Virus record (IMG/VR): IMGVR_UViG_3300048573_000051 | Location: 15,996-79,995 of that record | DNA length: 64,000 bases | DNA from: a virus | Taxonomy: Duplodnaviria > Heunggongvirae > Uroviricota > Caudoviricetes | Reading direction: 5' to 3' (one strand) | In this document: positions 63,417 through 64,000 of the stretch, piece after piece | How positions within the stretch are numbered: the first letter of the stretch is position 1 | Layout of the letters: the number at the start of each line of letters is the position of its first letter | Notes under the pieces: model-generated | What the model was told of the DNA's origin: nothing | Databases searched by the model: none | The model's input: the letters and a program-made list of their open reading frames with translations, nothing else | Translations under genes and position numbers: made by a program

Positions 63417-63770
63417 ATGTCGGCATTCATTTTGTCAGATAAGCATTTTTCAGTAATCGCGTATTATATCGGGAATCTGACCGATATTGACCCGCAAATT
63501 ATCGCCGATAAATTGAAAGCAATTAACATTGAATCCGTGAATTATCGGTATAAAGAAAAGACACCGAAAAGAAAATGCAAGTTAATGCACACGGGTGATA
63601 ATTACTCTACCGCTGACATTATCCGGCTAATACGATGCTGGTCATATCAAAGTTGTGAGAATGGATTATCTCTTGATTATCAAACGATGGATGTTTTCTT
63701 ATTGTCGTTTTTTGAAACGGACGATATTCTAGATTCCCGCTTGCACTCTGACAAATGGTCCATTGATTAA
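63417..63770 (+). CDS. hypothetical protein
   Basis: 117-aa ORF. Confidence 0.3.
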   Translation: MSAFILSDKHFSVIAYYIGNLTDIDPQIIADKLKAINIESVNYRYKEKTPKRKCKLMHTGDNYSTADIIRLIRCWSYQSCENGLSLDYQTMDVFLLSFFETDDILDSRLHSDKWSID

Positions 63771-64000
63771 GTAGTGTTCAAATAAGCTAACGCTTATATA
63801 AGCTTGCACTTATATAATACGCACGTTCAAATAAGCTAACGCTTATATAAGCTTGCACTTATATAATACGCACGTTCAAATAAGCTAACGCTTATATAAG
63901 CTTGCACTTATATAATACGCACGTTCAAATAAGCTAACGCTTATATAAGCTTGCACTTATATAATACGCACGTTCAAATAAGCTAACGCTTATATAAGCT
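63771..64000. repeat. 49-bp tandem direct repeats (at least 4.7 copies, truncated by the window end), each containing two short palindromes
   Basis: Unit CACGTTCAAATAAGCTAACGCTTATATAAGCTTGCACTTATATAATACG with palindromes ATAAGC-taac-GCTTAT and ATAAG-cttgc-ACTTAT; period 49. Confidence 0.9.

Overview
The window is a 64-kb segment of a large, virulent, tailed (siphovirus-like, T5-like in gene content) bacteriophage genome of about 40% GC. Roughly three quarters of it is classifiable.

Layout:
- 1..22204 (+): late structural and lysis module. It reads tail fibres and tail-fibre assembly protein, prohead protease, scaffold, a small decoration-position protein, major capsid protein, head-tail joining genes, major tail protein, tail assembly chaperone with a frameshift extension, 1476-aa tape measure, tail tip and fibre genes, then holin-like proteins and an M15 endolysin. 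Sigma70-like promoters (TTGATT-17-TATAAT) and rho-independent terminators are readable throughout.
- 22262..46361 (-): early replication and nucleotide-metabolism module. It holds thioredoxin, NrdB, NrdA, a MazG-like protein, a DEDD exonuclease, endonuclease VII, a 5-prime to 3-prime exonuclease, SSB, family-A DNA polymerase, primase-helicase, an Rnl5-like RNA ligase, an ATP-dependent DNA ligase and an SPFH lipoprotein. A three-gene tRNA cluster sits at 34161..34885; one member is a clean tRNA-Arg(UCU) and two are aberrant. Several HNH homing endonucleases interrupt the module.
- 46362..46603: divergent promoter region.
- 46604..61994 (+): early/middle small-gene region with extended -10 promoters. 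It carries two cytidine-deaminase-fold proteins (one a dCMP deaminase), a split Pnkp-like RNA end-healing and sealing cassette (P-loop kinase, Rnl2-like ligase, metallophosphoesterase), ThyX, a SleB-like wall hydrolase and many small ORFs.
- 62000..64000: a non-coding, repeat-rich locus followed by genes of different composition. It has 9 tandem ATAAGCAT octamers, six or more consensus DnaA boxes (TTATCCACA), then 47-50% GC genes, then 49-bp palindrome-containing tandem repeats running off the window end. This looks like an origin, DnaA-titration or injection-stop-like locus, or a plasmid-like replicon.

No terminase or portal gene lies in the window. The most unusual points are the DnaA-box/iteron locus, the aberrant tRNA-like genes next to the RNA repair toolkit, the promoter-terminator pairs upstream of the late operons, a probable +1 frameshift in the tail chaperone, and the SPFH module.
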